Counted from the stretch's first letter, positions 1-10,041 are shown. The stretch is DNA of 47,999 bases from Gemmatimonadota bacterium (GCA_039589315.1 JBDHHQ010000028.1:1-47999), one strand, 5' to 3'. Program-made: numbers and translations. The notes: generated by a model not told the origin, from the sequence alone.

Positions 1-1127
1 TCCCCGTCGCCGTCACACTGCTTGTAGGCCGCCGCACCCGCGGTGACGTGGAGGAGCGCGCCGCCGTCTTCGAGAAACGTTATCCGCATATAACCCGGCG
101 CCCGCCGGCCCCATGCCATTCCCGGCACGGGGCGCATGTCCGTGAGCTTGCTCCCGGCCCCGCTCAGGAGCTGCGTGTACGTCCGCCCGTCAGGCAGCGT
201 ACCCTCCAGAACCTGAAGGGAGTGGTCGTGACCCCCCGCCATTGCCAGGGGCGGGCCCACGCGGTCGAAGACGTCGTGGAAGGCCGCGATCAGCTCCTTG
301 TACGGCTTCGCCGTCACGTCCTGGATCAGCATGCCGCTCTTGTGAGCCAGGAAGCGCAGGCCAAAGGTCGGGAAGAACGGGATGGTACCCCCGTGAGGCC
401 CCCCCGTGAGCAGCGGAAGGTGCGATGCGATGACGACATGCCGGTCTCCGGCCCCGTCCATGGCATCGGCGATTCGGCTCATGACCGCCGCCCTCGCTTC
501 TGGCTCCTCACCCTGGAGCCACCAGTGACCGTCCAACGCGAGGATCCGCGCGTGCCTCCCCAGGTCCAGGTTGGCCGGCCCCGGGTCTCCCGCCTGGGGC
601 AGGAACGCCACAGCGGCCGTTCCGCTGGCCGCCCAGCCGGCGAGGTGCTCCGCCATGTTGCGGGCCCGCGCCAGTCCCGCCTCACCCCGCAGGTTCCCCC
701 AGTCGTGGTTCCCGGGGATGAACACACCACGCGCAGCCCGCTCCCTGGCCATGGGCCCAGCCACCGCGCGCACCTGGGTGTTCAGCCGGAGCGTGTCCTG
801 CGGGTAACCCGGGTCGTCGGGATTCCGGATCCCGACCTCGTAGACGTTGTCTCCCAGAAAGACCGCCATCACGGCAGAGTCGGGCAGGGCGCCGGCCCAC
901 GCCTCCACGTCCCGACCCAGCTGCCGGATGGTGGGACTGCGACCCTCCTCGGCCATTCCTGCGTCACCCACGAGGAACAGCACGGCGGCCACCTCGTCCG
1001 GGGAGGGCTCGGCCACGCCCACCGGCTCGGACCCGGCGCTGAAACGATCCACGCGACCGGTGCACCCCTGCTGGCTCGCCACAGCCACGAGCACGGCCGA
1101 GAGCACGATCCGTGTGCGCGTCACCAT
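1..1127 (-). CDS. Secreted calcineurin-like metallophosphoesterase (3' end runs off the window)
   Basis: Not in the ORF track. Manual translation from ATG 1127 (MVTRTRIVLSAVLVAVASQQGC...) shows the motifs LFLVGDAG, FLGDNVY, IPGNHDW and GGHDHSLQ. The frame is open to the window edge and the start overlaps the stop of the upstream gene. Confidence 0.88.
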   Translation of the reverse strand, partial: MVTRTRIVLSAVLVAVASQQGCTGRVDRFSAGSEPVGVAEPSPDEVAAVLFLVGDAGMAEEGRSPTIRQLGRDVEAWAGALPDSAVMAVFLGDNVYEVGIRNPDDPGYPQDTLRLNTQVRAVAGPMARERAARGVFIPGNHDWGNLRGEAGLARARNMAEHLAGWAASGTAAVAFLPQAGDPGPANLDLGRHARILALDGHWWLQGEEPEARAAVMSRIADAMDGAGDRHVVIASHLPLLTGGPHGGTIPFFPTFGLRFLAHKSGMLIQDVTAKPYKELIAAFHDVFDRVGPPLAMAGGHDHSLQVLEGTLPDGRTYTQLLSGAGSKLTDMRPVPGMAWGRRAPGYMRITFLEDGGALLHVTAGAAAYKQCDGDG

Positions 1128-1648
1128 CCGGCGCCCGGTAACCCTCGGGGCAGCGAGACCGACAGGGCCGTGGCCGTCTCTGCGCCCGAGGTACGAACGG
1201 CCCCCCGGACCAACGTATATGTGACGCTCCCCACCAACGCTCCCACGCCCCAGCCGATGACGAGCCCGGCCCAGCGCCCCTCGGGCGTGGGCGCGGTGAG
1301 CTGGGCGACGCCCCTGCCTACCAGCGCCCCGACTCCACCGCCCACCACCGCGCCCAAGGCCAGGTCCCCCACCCGGTGACGGTCGCTGGCACCCGTCCAG
1401 ATCCCCCCGCCGATGCTCACCGCGCCGGCCACCAGTCCGGCCGGGCGAAGAACCGCCTCGCGGGTGTTCCAGGCGTACGCGCCCTGCTGAGCCCGGGCCG
1501 TGGAGTACGCCAGGGTGACGGGCAGGCCGACCAACAGCCCTCCCACGGCAGCCCCGGCCACGACCTCGCCCGCGCTCTGGGCAGATGCGCCCCTGGGCGT
1601 CGCAATCAGGCCGACGGAGATGAGCAGGCAGGCGATGCGCGGTGACAA
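1121..1648 (-). CDS. Hypothetical Gly-rich membrane/secreted protein
   Basis: Part of ORF 1121..1786. Likely TTG start at 1648 gives a signal peptide (...GASAQ) and several GxxxG hydrophobic segments. Its stop overlaps the phosphoesterase start. Confidence 0.65.
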   Translation of the reverse strand: MSPRIACLLISVGLIATPRGASAQSAGEVVAGAAVGGLLVGLPVTLAYSTARAQQGAYAWNTREAVLRPAGLVAGAVSIGGGIWTGASDRHRVGDLALGAVVGGGVGALVGRGVAQLTAPTPEGRWAGLVIGWGVGALVGSVTYTLVRGAVRTSGAETATALSVSLPRGLPGAGW

Positions 1649-1884
1649 AACCGTCGTCCGGGGTTGGGGAGTTGTGGGCCGAAGTGCTTCGTGGTAGCGT
1701 TGGCTTACCCGGGCGAGGCGCCGTCGTTGCCGACGCTCGCTCACGTCCGGGGAGAGCAAGATGGCCGAGGACCGTCGGCCAGCCAACCCCTCTCAACGGC
1801 GTGTTTCTACCCCGATCCACTGAGAACGTGGCTGCGACGAAAGACCTACTCCACCGTCGAAGAGCGAGTCGACGAGGCCGAGGC

Positions 1885-2631
1885 GTGGACCGGCGACTAC
1901 GCTACCTGTTGCTACAGGTGCGGGAGCCGGACGACCCGATGAGCGACCACGAGATCGGTTGCTTCGCCCGGTCCTTTCGGTGTGACGGGAACTGCATCGA
2001 GGTCTTCGACCTCCTTTCCGGTGTCCCCACCGTGGAGAAGCTGGACGAGGTGGACGTGGTCTTGTTGGGCGGAAGCGGTGACCACTCCGTGGCGCGTGGG
2101 GGGGATTGGCTGCCAGACGCGCTGGAGGCCATGAAGGAGCTCTACGACCTGAAGAAGCCCACCTTCGCGTCGTGCTGGGGCTTTCAGGCCATGGCCCGGG
2201 CCCTCGGGGGCGAGGTCGTGACCGACCACGGCCGGGCCGAGGTGGGTACGGCCTGGCTGGAGCTCACACCGGAAGGCGAGCGGGATCCGGTCTTCGGCCC
2301 CTTGGGCAAGCGCTTCCAGGTCCAGATCGGCCACGAGGACATCGTCACGAAGCTTCCGGACGGGGCGATCCTGCTCGCGTCCAGCGCGAAGGTCGAGAAC
2401 GAGGCGTTCTGCTTCCCCGACCGGCCCATCTACTGCACCCAGTTCCACCCCGAGCTGGACGCGGCCGGGCTGGTGGCCAGGCTGGCCCAGTACCCCGAGT
2501 ACATGCCTCTGGCGGGCGTGTCCTCGGTCGAGGAGCTGGAGCGGGTGACGCCGGAGACGCCCGGGACCGAAGCGATTCTGCGCCGATTCCTGGACTTCGC
2601 CTTTCCGGAGGGGCCGCCCCTGCAATCCTGA
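1885..2631 (+). CDS. Stand-alone type 1 glutamine amidotransferase (GATase1-like)
   Basis: Nucleophile elbow FASCWGFQ, plus GGSG and TQFHPE (Cys-His-Glu triad). Start moved from 1642 to GTG 1885. Confidence 0.88.
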   Translation: MDRRLRYLLLQVREPDDPMSDHEIGCFARSFRCDGNCIEVFDLLSGVPTVEKLDEVDVVLLGGSGDHSVARGGDWLPDALEAMKELYDLKKPTFASCWGFQAMARALGGEVVTDHGRAEVGTAWLELTPEGERDPVFGPLGKRFQVQIGHEDIVTKLPDGAILLASSAKVENEAFCFPDRPIYCTQFHPELDAAGLVARLAQYPEYMPLAGVSSVEELERVTPETPGTEAILRRFLDFAFPEGPPLQS

Positions 2632-2881
2632 AGGCTTCTCCACCGTCTCGGAGGCGACGATAGCGACGGTGAGCACCTGACTGTCACGCGATCGGCCCGG
2701 ACCGCGTCATGGCCGACGGCGCGAGCACGGGCTCGGCTATTCCGCTTCTCCCCTCGACGAGTCATCTTTCGGGTCCGGCATTACACGCTGAACCGCTGAG
2801 CACATGGCGCGCCTGATCTCGAGTGTCAGCACTGGAGCTGGGCGGCGTGTCTAGACTGTTGGACCACGACACCGAGAAGCC

Positions 2882-5167
2882 ATGCGCAGTCATGTATCGG
2901 CGGCGAGCCTCGTCGCTTTCCTCATCCCGGCCCTGCTGACCGGCCAGGAGCCCCTGCAGAACGGCGAGGGCGACCGGGTCGCAAACGCAGCTCCCCGCAG
3001 CCGCGAAGCAGCCGCGTCTCCGGTCGATACGTCCCCCGTGATCGACGGCCGCATGGACGACGAGGCCTGGGCGCAGGCGCGGGTCCTGGGAGAGTTCATC
3101 CAGCGGGAGCCGGTGGAGGGGCGGGCCGTCTCGGAAACCACCGAGGTGCGCATCGTCTACGACGCCGAGGCCATCTACATCGGCGCTTGGCTATTCGACT
3201 CCGATACCTCCGGCATCGTGGTGGGAGAAACGCGGCGCGACGCCGCGCTGACCAACACCGACGCCTTCCAGATCATCCTCGATACGTACCTGGACCGGCA
3301 GAACGGATTCGTCTTCGCGACCACTCCGGCCGGGATCGAGTACGACGGGCAGGTCACCAAGGAGGGGCAAGGTAGCGCCTCACCCCGTAGAGGCCAGCGG
3401 CAACAGGCCGGCTCCGGCGGCGGGTTCAACCTGAACTGGGACGGGAGCTGGGAGGTGGCGACGTCCGTCGACGCCAACGGATGGTACGCCGAGTTCCGCA
3501 TCCCCTTCTCGACGCTGCGTTACCCCAGAGGCGGCAACCAGACCTGGGGCGTCAACTTCTCCCGCAACATCCGACGCCACAACGAAGAGGCTTTCTGGGC
3601 GCCCATCCCGCGGCAGTTCAACCTCTACCGTGTATCCATGGCGGGGACGTTGTCGCAGTTCGAGGCACCGAGCCAGAAGGTCTTCACGATCACTCCCTAC
3701 GTGCTGGGTGACGCGTACCGGGACTACACGCTGCAGAGCTCGGCGGACTTCAGCCCGGCCGTGGGCGGCGACGCCAAGATCGGCCTCACGCAAAGTCTCA
3801 CCCTCGATCTGACCGTGAACACCGACTTCGCCCAGGTCGAGGTGGACGACCAACAGGTCAACCTGACGCGCTTCCCGCTCTTCTTCCCCGAGAAGCGGCC
3901 GTTCTTCCTGGAAAACGCGGGCTCCTTTTCGGTTGGAACTCCCCAGGAGACCGAGCTCTTCTTCAGCCGCCGCATCGGCCTCTACGAGGGGAACGAGGTG
4001 CCGATCCAGGCGGGCGCCCGGCTGACGGGCAAAGTCGCCGGGATGCAGGTCGGATTCCTGAACATCCAGGCCAACCACCTCGATCTGCTCGATGAGGACG
4101 TGGGCCAGGAGGTGCGGGTCGAGTCCAAGAACAACTTCGGCGTCGTGCGCCTGTTCCAGGAGTTCGAGAACCGGACGCGGCTGGGCGGGATCTTCGTGCA
4201 CCGCTTGAACACCGACGACACGAACGACTACAACCTGACCTACGGCGCGGATGGCCGCCTGGGCGTCGGTCAGGCGCTGACGTTCGACGGGTATGTCTCG
4301 GGCACCACGACCCCGGACGTGAGCGGCGGCGAGTACGCCTACAACCTCGGCGGGACGTTCGAAACCCGGGACTGGAACGTGGCGGCCCAATACCGGGAGG
4401 TTGGGGCGGAGTTCAACCCCGAGGTGGGCTTCCTGAGCCGTCGGGAATACCGGTACATCAACGCGCGCATCTTGAGGAAACTCCGCTTCCCAGAGGTCTC
4501 CTGGTTCCGGGAGCTGCGACCGCACGTCTCGTGGCGGGAGTACTTCGACCTCACGGGCTTCAGCGAGACCCGGGTCGTTCACATCGACAGCCACTTCGAG
4601 TTCTCCAACGGCGCGTTCTTCCAGCTGCCCGCGGTCAACTTCACCGGAGAGGGACTGCAGGAGCCGTTCGAGATCCGGGACGGCATCATCATCCCGGCGG
4701 GGAGCTACAACAACTTCGACTGGGGCTTCGCGTTCAACACCGACCTGAGTGCGCCGTTCTCCGCCCAGGGACGGATCGACATCGGGGGCTTCTACTCCGG
4801 AACGCGGACGGGCAGCAACACCACCTTCAACTACCGCTTCCGCGACAGGTTCGTCGCGTCGTTCCGAGTGGCCTACTTCGACGTGAGGCTCCAGGAAGGC
4901 GACTTCATCTCGTCGCTGGTGGCCCTCAAGGGCTCCTATTCGTTCACGCCGCGGATATTCGTGCAGGCGTCCCTCCAGTACAGCAACGAGACGGAGAACT
5001 TCGGCAGCAACGTCCGCTTCGGCTGGCTGAACACGGCGGGCACGGGGCTCTACGTGGTCTACAACGACACCGAGCACCTGGGCTCCCTGGACCGGACGGG
5101 GATCGAGCGGGGGCCCCAGGAGCGCCAGTTGATCATCAAGTACACGAAGATGTTCAGCCTGAGGTAG
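2882..5167 (+). CDS. CBM9-like/DUF5916 outer-membrane protein
   Basis: Signal peptide; PVIDGRMDDEAW, GWYAEFRIPFSTLRY, NTDFAQVEVD and FFPEKRPFFLEN motifs; beta-strand-rich C-terminus. Confidence 0.85.
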   Translation: MRSHVSAASLVAFLIPALLTGQEPLQNGEGDRVANAAPRSREAAASPVDTSPVIDGRMDDEAWAQARVLGEFIQREPVEGRAVSETTEVRIVYDAEAIYIGAWLFDSDTSGIVVGETRRDAALTNTDAFQIILDTYLDRQNGFVFATTPAGIEYDGQVTKEGQGSASPRRGQRQQAGSGGGFNLNWDGSWEVATSVDANGWYAEFRIPFSTLRYPRGGNQTWGVNFSRNIRRHNEEAFWAPIPRQFNLYRVSMAGTLSQFEAPSQKVFTITPYVLGDAYRDYTLQSSADFSPAVGGDAKIGLTQSLTLDLTVNTDFAQVEVDDQQVNLTRFPLFFPEKRPFFLENAGSFSVGTPQETELFFSRRIGLYEGNEVPIQAGARLTGKVAGMQVGFLNIQANHLDLLDEDVGQEVRVESKNNFGVVRLFQEFENRTRLGGIFVHRLNTDDTNDYNLTYGADGRLGVGQALTFDGYVSGTTTPDVSGGEYAYNLGGTFETRDWNVAAQYREVGAEFNPEVGFLSRREYRYINARILRKLRFPEVSWFRELRPHVSWREYFDLTGFSETRVVHIDSHFEFSNGAFFQLPAVNFTGEGLQEPFEIRDGIIIPAGSYNNFDWGFAFNTDLSAPFSAQGRIDIGGFYSGTRTGSNTTFNYRFRDRFVASFRVAYFDVRLQEGDFISSLVALKGSYSFTPRIFVQASLQYSNETENFGSNVRFGWLNTAGTGLYVVYNDTEHLGSLDRTGIERGPQERQLIIKYTKMFSLR

Positions 5168-5209
5168 GATCGGGTCCCGTCGAGCTCGTTCCCTGGAGGG
5201 CGCGGGTCC

Positions 5210-6043
5210 TCACCCCTCCAGGGCCTCCCGCAGGAACGACACGGTGCGGGGCCAAGCAGCCCGGGTCGCCTCCATGTTGGCGCCGTCCCGCCCCGACTGC
5301 TGACGCAGGAAGCCGTGTCCGGCACCATCGTAGATGTTCACCTCGTACGGGTGGCCGAGCCGCTCCATCTCGGCCCGGGCATCGGGGATGGTGGCGTTGA
5401 CCCTCGCGTCGTCACCGCCGTAGTGGCCCAGGACCGGAGCGGTGATGCGCGCCAGCGCTTCGGCGGACGGCGAGCTGCCGTAGTACACGACCGCCGCGTC
5501 CAGCTCGTCCCACGCGGACGCGAACAGGAAGCTGCCGGAGCCGCCCCAGCAGAACCCCACCACGCCCACCCGGTCGGTGGCGGCCGGGAGGGAGGTGCCG
5601 TACGCGGCGGCCGCCTCCAACCTGCGGTTCACCTCGGCCCGCTCCAACTCCCGGATGGCGGTACGGGCGCCGTCCCCCTCGAAGCTCGCCGTCCCCCCGT
5701 CGTCTGGCCCCTTACCGCTCAGCAGGTCGGGCGCCACGGCGATGAACCCTTCGGCCGCGAGCTGGTCGGCAACGCCCCGAACCCAGTCGTTCATGCCCCG
5801 GTTCTCGTGAATGACCACGACCACCGGCGCCGCGTCGCTCCGCTCCGGATAGACCACCCACGCCTGCACCTCGTCGTCGCCGCCGGCGTCGTACGTGGCC
5901 CACTCTCCGTGGCGGGGTGACGTAGCCACGCGTTCCGTGGCGCTCTCCCCGTCGGCGGGAAGCTCCTGGCCCTGGGCGGGGCCTCCGACCCAGACGGCCA
6001 TAGCGAGGGCAGACAGTCCGAGACCACACAGCGCTCGCATCAT
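5210..6043 (-). CDS. Exported dienelactone hydrolase family protein
   Basis: C-terminal part of ORF 5210..7321, starting at MMRALCGLG. Motifs VVVIHENRG, GFCWGG and GAGHGF; signal peptide. Confidence 0.88.
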   Translation of the reverse strand: MMRALCGLGLSALAMAVWVGGPAQGQELPADGESATERVATSPRHGEWATYDAGGDDEVQAWVVYPERSDAAPVVVVIHENRGMNDWVRGVADQLAAEGFIAVAPDLLSGKGPDDGGTASFEGDGARTAIRELERAEVNRRLEAAAAYGTSLPAATDRVGVVGFCWGGSGSFLFASAWDELDAAVVYYGSSPSAEALARITAPVLGHYGGDDARVNATIPDARAEMERLGHPYEVNIYDGAGHGFLRQQSGRDGANMEATRAAWPRTVSFLREALEG

Positions 6044-7611
6044 TGGCTTCTCCTGCTCGGTGGGGTCGGGCGAGCCAACTCCTGGTCGAACGCCACGAGG
6101 TCCAGCTCGTCGAGGTAGTCCACTCGGCCGGGCGCGGCCACGTATCCGGCCAGCTCCCTGTCGAACTCGGCCAGCTGCCTGTCGCCCGCCTGGGCATCGT
6201 CGTCCGCGCTCGAATACACGATCTCTCCAACCGACCGGGTGCCCAGCGCCAGCTGCTTGCGCGCCTTGGCGGCGGCGAGGAAGGTGCCGCGGATCGCGGG
6301 GAAGCGAAAGCGCAGGCCACCGTCGGGTGCGGCCACGACGTCCGCGTCGAACTCGGCTGCCAGCGCATGCAGCTGCTCCTGCACCGCCTCGGCCCCGGGG
6401 TCGCTGCCCAATCCCTTGGCCACGCTCCGGTGCGCCTCCTCGGGCTCCACCGAGCGATCCAACAACGCGCCCTCGAAGACGCTCCCCTCCAGCAATCTCC
6501 GTATGTTGCGGCGCACTCGCCGCAGGTTCTCCCGCTTCAGGCCGAGGCGCCGCACCAACGGGATCCCGAAGAAGATGGCGCTGAAGACGAGGGGCACGGC
6601 CACCAGGCCGACCCACGCGGCGACGCCCCCGATCTGGAGCGCTGGGAAGATGAAGCCCGGCGCCACCGCCGCCATCAACAGGTTGAAGCCGTTGAGGCCG
6701 GCGATGATCGTGTCGTCCTTCTTCTCGTTCCCGGTGAGCTCCATCGGGCGCTCCAGCCTGCGCCACGCAGGGTCCGGCTCTCGGGCCCTGACCGGCCCGT
6801 GGGCGCTGACCATGAGATCGGGGAACGTGTACAGCACCTCCCCCTCCTCCGAGACACGGACGTCGCCGTCGTACGCTCCCATCAGGCGCCCCATCTCGTC
6901 CTCGGCCTCGGGGAGCGTCGCACCGGTGTGCTGCACCAGCTCGGTGGCCGTGAGCACACCACGGCGGGCACGTATGAGGCGGACCAGGCTCCGGTCCTTC
7001 TGGGGCTGCGTGAGCTCGGGGGTGTCGGGACCGAAGACGAATGCGAACACCTTCCTGTGGAACGGCACCTTCGCACCGGTCTTCTTTGCCCAGCGAGCGC
7101 CGTAGTAGTGGCGTCGCCGCCCCCATCCCGGACTCCAGAAGTACCACAACAGCGGAATATGGAAGTGCCCACGCCCATGCCCCCTGCCCCCGGGGAACCG
7201 GCGGTTGTCGCCCCCGCGGGACATGATCGCCACGAACGCGGCAATCAACAGCACGACGAACAGCACGAAGTAGACGACGAGCATGAGCATGATCCAGACC
7301 TTGAACGCCTGGGTCAGCCACGCCTTGGCCCGGTCTCGCACGCGAGCCCAGACCGACCGGTGGTCCCGACGGATCATGGACGCGTCGAACCGGTAGACCA
7401 GGTCGCCGTGCTCGCCCACCTCGAGGTGTCCCTGATAGCCGGCCAGGAGGTCCTTCAGGGTCGCCTCGACCTCGGCGCTGTGGAGCCCCGTCGCCTCCAC
7501 CACGTCTCCCAGCGTGGCCCTCCCGTCGAGTCCCCGCAGCGCGGTCCGTACTCTGCGATGGTCTTCGGACTCCGGTCGGGTCCGAACCTCGGTCAATGCG
7601 GCTTCGGTCAC
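6040..7611 (-). CDS. Conserved membrane protein, At5g03900/cyanobacterial-like, with three internal repeats
   Basis: RATLGDVVEATGL...LEVGEHGDLVYRF N-terminus, TM segments, and similar units repeated twice more. Confidence 0.75.
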   Translation of the reverse strand: MTEAALTEVRTRPESEDHRRVRTALRGLDGRATLGDVVEATGLHSAEVEATLKDLLAGYQGHLEVGEHGDLVYRFDASMIRRDHRSVWARVRDRAKAWLTQAFKVWIMLMLVVYFVLFVVLLIAAFVAIMSRGGDNRRFPGGRGHGRGHFHIPLLWYFWSPGWGRRRHYYGARWAKKTGAKVPFHRKVFAFVFGPDTPELTQPQKDRSLVRLIRARRGVLTATELVQHTGATLPEAEDEMGRLMGAYDGDVRVSEEGEVLYTFPDLMVSAHGPVRAREPDPAWRRLERPMELTGNEKKDDTIIAGLNGFNLLMAAVAPGFIFPALQIGGVAAWVGLVAVPLVFSAIFFGIPLVRRLGLKRENLRRVRRNIRRLLEGSVFEGALLDRSVEPEEAHRSVAKGLGSDPGAEAVQEQLHALAAEFDADVVAAPDGGLRFRFPAIRGTFLAAAKARKQLALGTRSVGEIVYSSADDDAQAGDRQLAEFDRELAGYVAAPGRVDYLDELDLVAFDQELARPTPPSRRSQ

Positions 7612-7935
7612 TGGGGATCCTGGCAGGAGTCAGAGCTGCGTAGGGGAGGCATCGGCGCCCCGCGTCCTACAATACGCGCTTCGGCACCTCGTTGTTCTCG
7701 GGCACCGTCGGTCCCCCTTGCCCAGCCGCCCCCGCTCGCCAGCGGCACGAGCATGTTCCGGATCCGGCTGAAATCCATCTCAACTCCATGGTGGGCGTGA
7801 GATCCGAGCTCCTCGGAGACCCTGCCGGGGCGGGGACCTCGGGGTCGCGGCCTGGGACAAGGAAGATAGATTCGTCACGGACTCTCGCCAAACACCGATC
7901 CGAGCGAGATTCAACCCCACGAGAGAGCCTCGATC

Positions 7936-9387
7936 ATGCGGTCAGTCCACCTGGGATCTCCGGCCTTGCTGAAGTCGACCGTTCGGCTGCTGCTGTCAGC
8001 CGGCCGGCCACTGGTTCCGCCGGCCGCCCGGCTGCTGGTGCCGGCGGCCCTGTTGATGCTCCCCCCCACGCTCCCCGCCCAGGAGTGGCCCCCGCCGGAG
8101 GAGGCCTACTTCGACTGGACCGATCTCCAGTTCACTCCGGAGGAGTACGCGGCGCGCCGCCACCAGCTCCTGGAGCGCATTCGTGCCCGGGGTGGTGGCG
8201 TCATGCTCGTGCCCTCGGGTAGCGGCGTCACGCATGGCGCCACCTTCCGCCAGGCCGACGGCTTCAACTACCTCACCGGTCTCGAGCTGCCGGGCTCGGT
8301 GTTGGTGCTGGACGCGGACGGGAATCGGGTCAGCCTGTTCCTTCCGGCCCGGGACCCGCGCTTCGAGAACCCGGATCGTCGCAACGACTTCCCGGGTCGG
8401 CCCCTGGGAGACGACCCCGTGATGCGGGAGCGGAGCGGGCTCGCCGACCTCCGCCCCGTGGGGGAGCTCGAGCCTCTATTGGACCGATGGTCCGGGGACG
8501 GCACCACCGTGTGGATCGACGCCGGCGGCCCCGGCGAGGTGGAGGCGCCGTCGCCCGGCCTGGCGGGGGAGTTGGGCGCCTCGGCTACCGCCCTGCTCGC
8601 GTTGTCAGGGCGGCAGCCGCCCCTCGTGCTGGCCAACGCCTTCGAGACCATGGCGCGGATCCGCATGGTGAAGAGTCCGGCCGAGATCGCGGCCCTGAGC
8701 CGGGCGGCGAACGCGACGGTCGGTGCGATCCGTCATGCGGCCTCCGCCGTTCGGCCCGGCGTGGACGAGCGCACGCTGGAGGGTGAGTTCGAGGCCGCGT
8801 GCAAGCGGACCGGCTCGCAACGCCCGGCCTTTTCCTCGATCGTGAAGTCCGGCCCCAACTCTCTCTGGCCCTGGCGGGTGCTCGCCGCCCAGTACGACCG
8901 GAGGAATCGATCGATGGATGCCGGTGACCTCGTGATCTTCGACGTAGGGTGCGAGGTGGACTACTACGTGAGCGACGTCGGCAGGACGTTCCCCGTGGGC
9001 GGCTCGTTCTCGCCCCGGCAGCGGGAGGTCCTGGAGATGATCACGGACGTCGCCGACTCCGTCATCGCGGGCGTCCGTCCCGGCGTGACGCTGGTCGAGC
9101 TGAAGCAGCTGGCGCTGCGCGTGATCCCGGAGGCTGAACGGCGGCACATGCAGACCGGATCCTTTTACGGACACCACCTGGGCTTGAGCGTCGGCGATCC
9201 GGCCCTGGTCGACGTGCCCCTGCAGGCTGGGATGGTGTTCACCGTAGAGCCGTGGTACTACAACCACGAGGAGGAGATCGCCGTCTTCGTGGAGGACATG
9301 GTCCTGGTGACGCGCGACGGTGCCCGGGTGTTGACCGAAGACCTGCCCAGGTCGCCCGAGGCGCTGGCGCGAATGGTGGGGTCGTGA
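7936..9387 (+). CDS. M24B Xaa-Pro aminopeptidase family protein (probably exported)
   Basis: AMP_N-like FRQADGFNYLTG; metal ligands in IFDVG, YVSDVGRT, GHHLG, TVEP and VEDMV. Start codon uncertain. Confidence 0.88.
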   Translation: MRSVHLGSPALLKSTVRLLLSAGRPLVPPAARLLVPAALLMLPPTLPAQEWPPPEEAYFDWTDLQFTPEEYAARRHQLLERIRARGGGVMLVPSGSGVTHGATFRQADGFNYLTGLELPGSVLVLDADGNRVSLFLPARDPRFENPDRRNDFPGRPLGDDPVMRERSGLADLRPVGELEPLLDRWSGDGTTVWIDAGGPGEVEAPSPGLAGELGASATALLALSGRQPPLVLANAFETMARIRMVKSPAEIAALSRAANATVGAIRHAASAVRPGVDERTLEGEFEAACKRTGSQRPAFSSIVKSGPNSLWPWRVLAAQYDRRNRSMDAGDLVIFDVGCEVDYYVSDVGRTFPVGGSFSPRQREVLEMITDVADSVIAGVRPGVTLVELKQLALRVIPEAERRHMQTGSFYGHHLGLSVGDPALVDVPLQAGMVFTVEPWYYNHEEEIAVFVEDMVLVTRDGARVLTEDLPRSPEALARMVGS

Positions 9388-9430
9388 GGGACTCCGGGTC
9401 CGCCCTTCCGACTCGGAAGACGATTCCCTG

Positions 9431-9449
9431 ATGACAGTGCGACTGTCAT
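9431..9449. promoter_or_regulatory. Putative MarR operator ATGACAGT-N3-ACTGTCAT
   Basis: Perfect 8-bp inverted repeat about 40 nt upstream of the MarR start, with an extra half-site TTGTCAT at 9463-9469. Confidence 0.65.
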
Positions 9450-9489
9450 ATTGGACTTCTACTTGTCATAGAAGCCCAGGAGGAATCGG

Positions 9490-9963
9490 ATGAAGCCCAG
9501 GAAGGTACGGGCGCTGGAGGCACTGCTCGACGAAGCCCGGTCTCTCTTCTACCAGTTGCGGGCGGCCGCCGAGGAGATTCAAGAAGACCTGGACATCTCC
9601 GTCGGTCAGCGGGCCATCCTCAGCTGGATCGGCGAGAATGGCCCGGCAACGGTGCCGGAGATCGCACGGGCCAGGAAGGTCTCGCGCCAGCACATTCAAT
9701 CCGTGGTGAACCGCTTCGCCGCCCGGGGCCTGGTCTCGTCGGAGGACAACCCTGCTCATCGCAGGTCGAGCATCGTCCAGCTCACGGGTCAGGGACGCGT
9801 GCTCGTCGAGGAGCTGGATCGCCGCGAGGTCCGGATCTGGCGGGCCCTGGACCTCGAGGTCAAACGGCGGGACATGGACGACGCCGCCGGGGTGCTTTCG
9901 CGTCTCCGGCGGCTTCTCGAGAGCGCCGAATGGCACCGCGCGGTGAAGGACAGCCGCAGCTGA
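9490..9963 (+). CDS. MarR family transcriptional regulator
   Basis: Winged HTH (TVPEIARARKVSRQHIQSVVNRF...NPAHRRSSIVQLTGQG); AGGAGG RBS. Confidence 0.92.
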   Translation: MKPRKVRALEALLDEARSLFYQLRAAAEEIQEDLDISVGQRAILSWIGENGPATVPEIARARKVSRQHIQSVVNRFAARGLVSSEDNPAHRRSSIVQLTGQGRVLVEELDRREVRIWRALDLEVKRRDMDDAAGVLSRLRRLLESAEWHRAVKDSRS

Positions 9964-10041
9964 CACTCGGTCGGAACTCCGTTGCTCCGGTCGCGGGTTC
10001 GGACGGTGGCGAACACCGTCCACGGAGTCACGGAGTGTACC

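Noticed and set aside
48..1379. 443-aa plus-strand ORF
   Set aside because: Antisense shadow of the metallophosphoesterase and its upstream gene; Arg/Pro/His-rich with no motifs.
3380..5077. Long antisense ORFs (also 6043..7800, 19983..21890, 24807..26048, 28064..29266, 31220..32740, 45748..46872)
   Set aside because: Expected stop-poor reverse frames in high-GC DNA; each lies opposite a gene with clear family motifs.
5210..7321. Apparent 703-aa dienelactone hydrolase fusion
   Set aside because: The N-terminal ~425 aa are an alternative frame of the 6040..7611 gene; the real start is ATG 6043.
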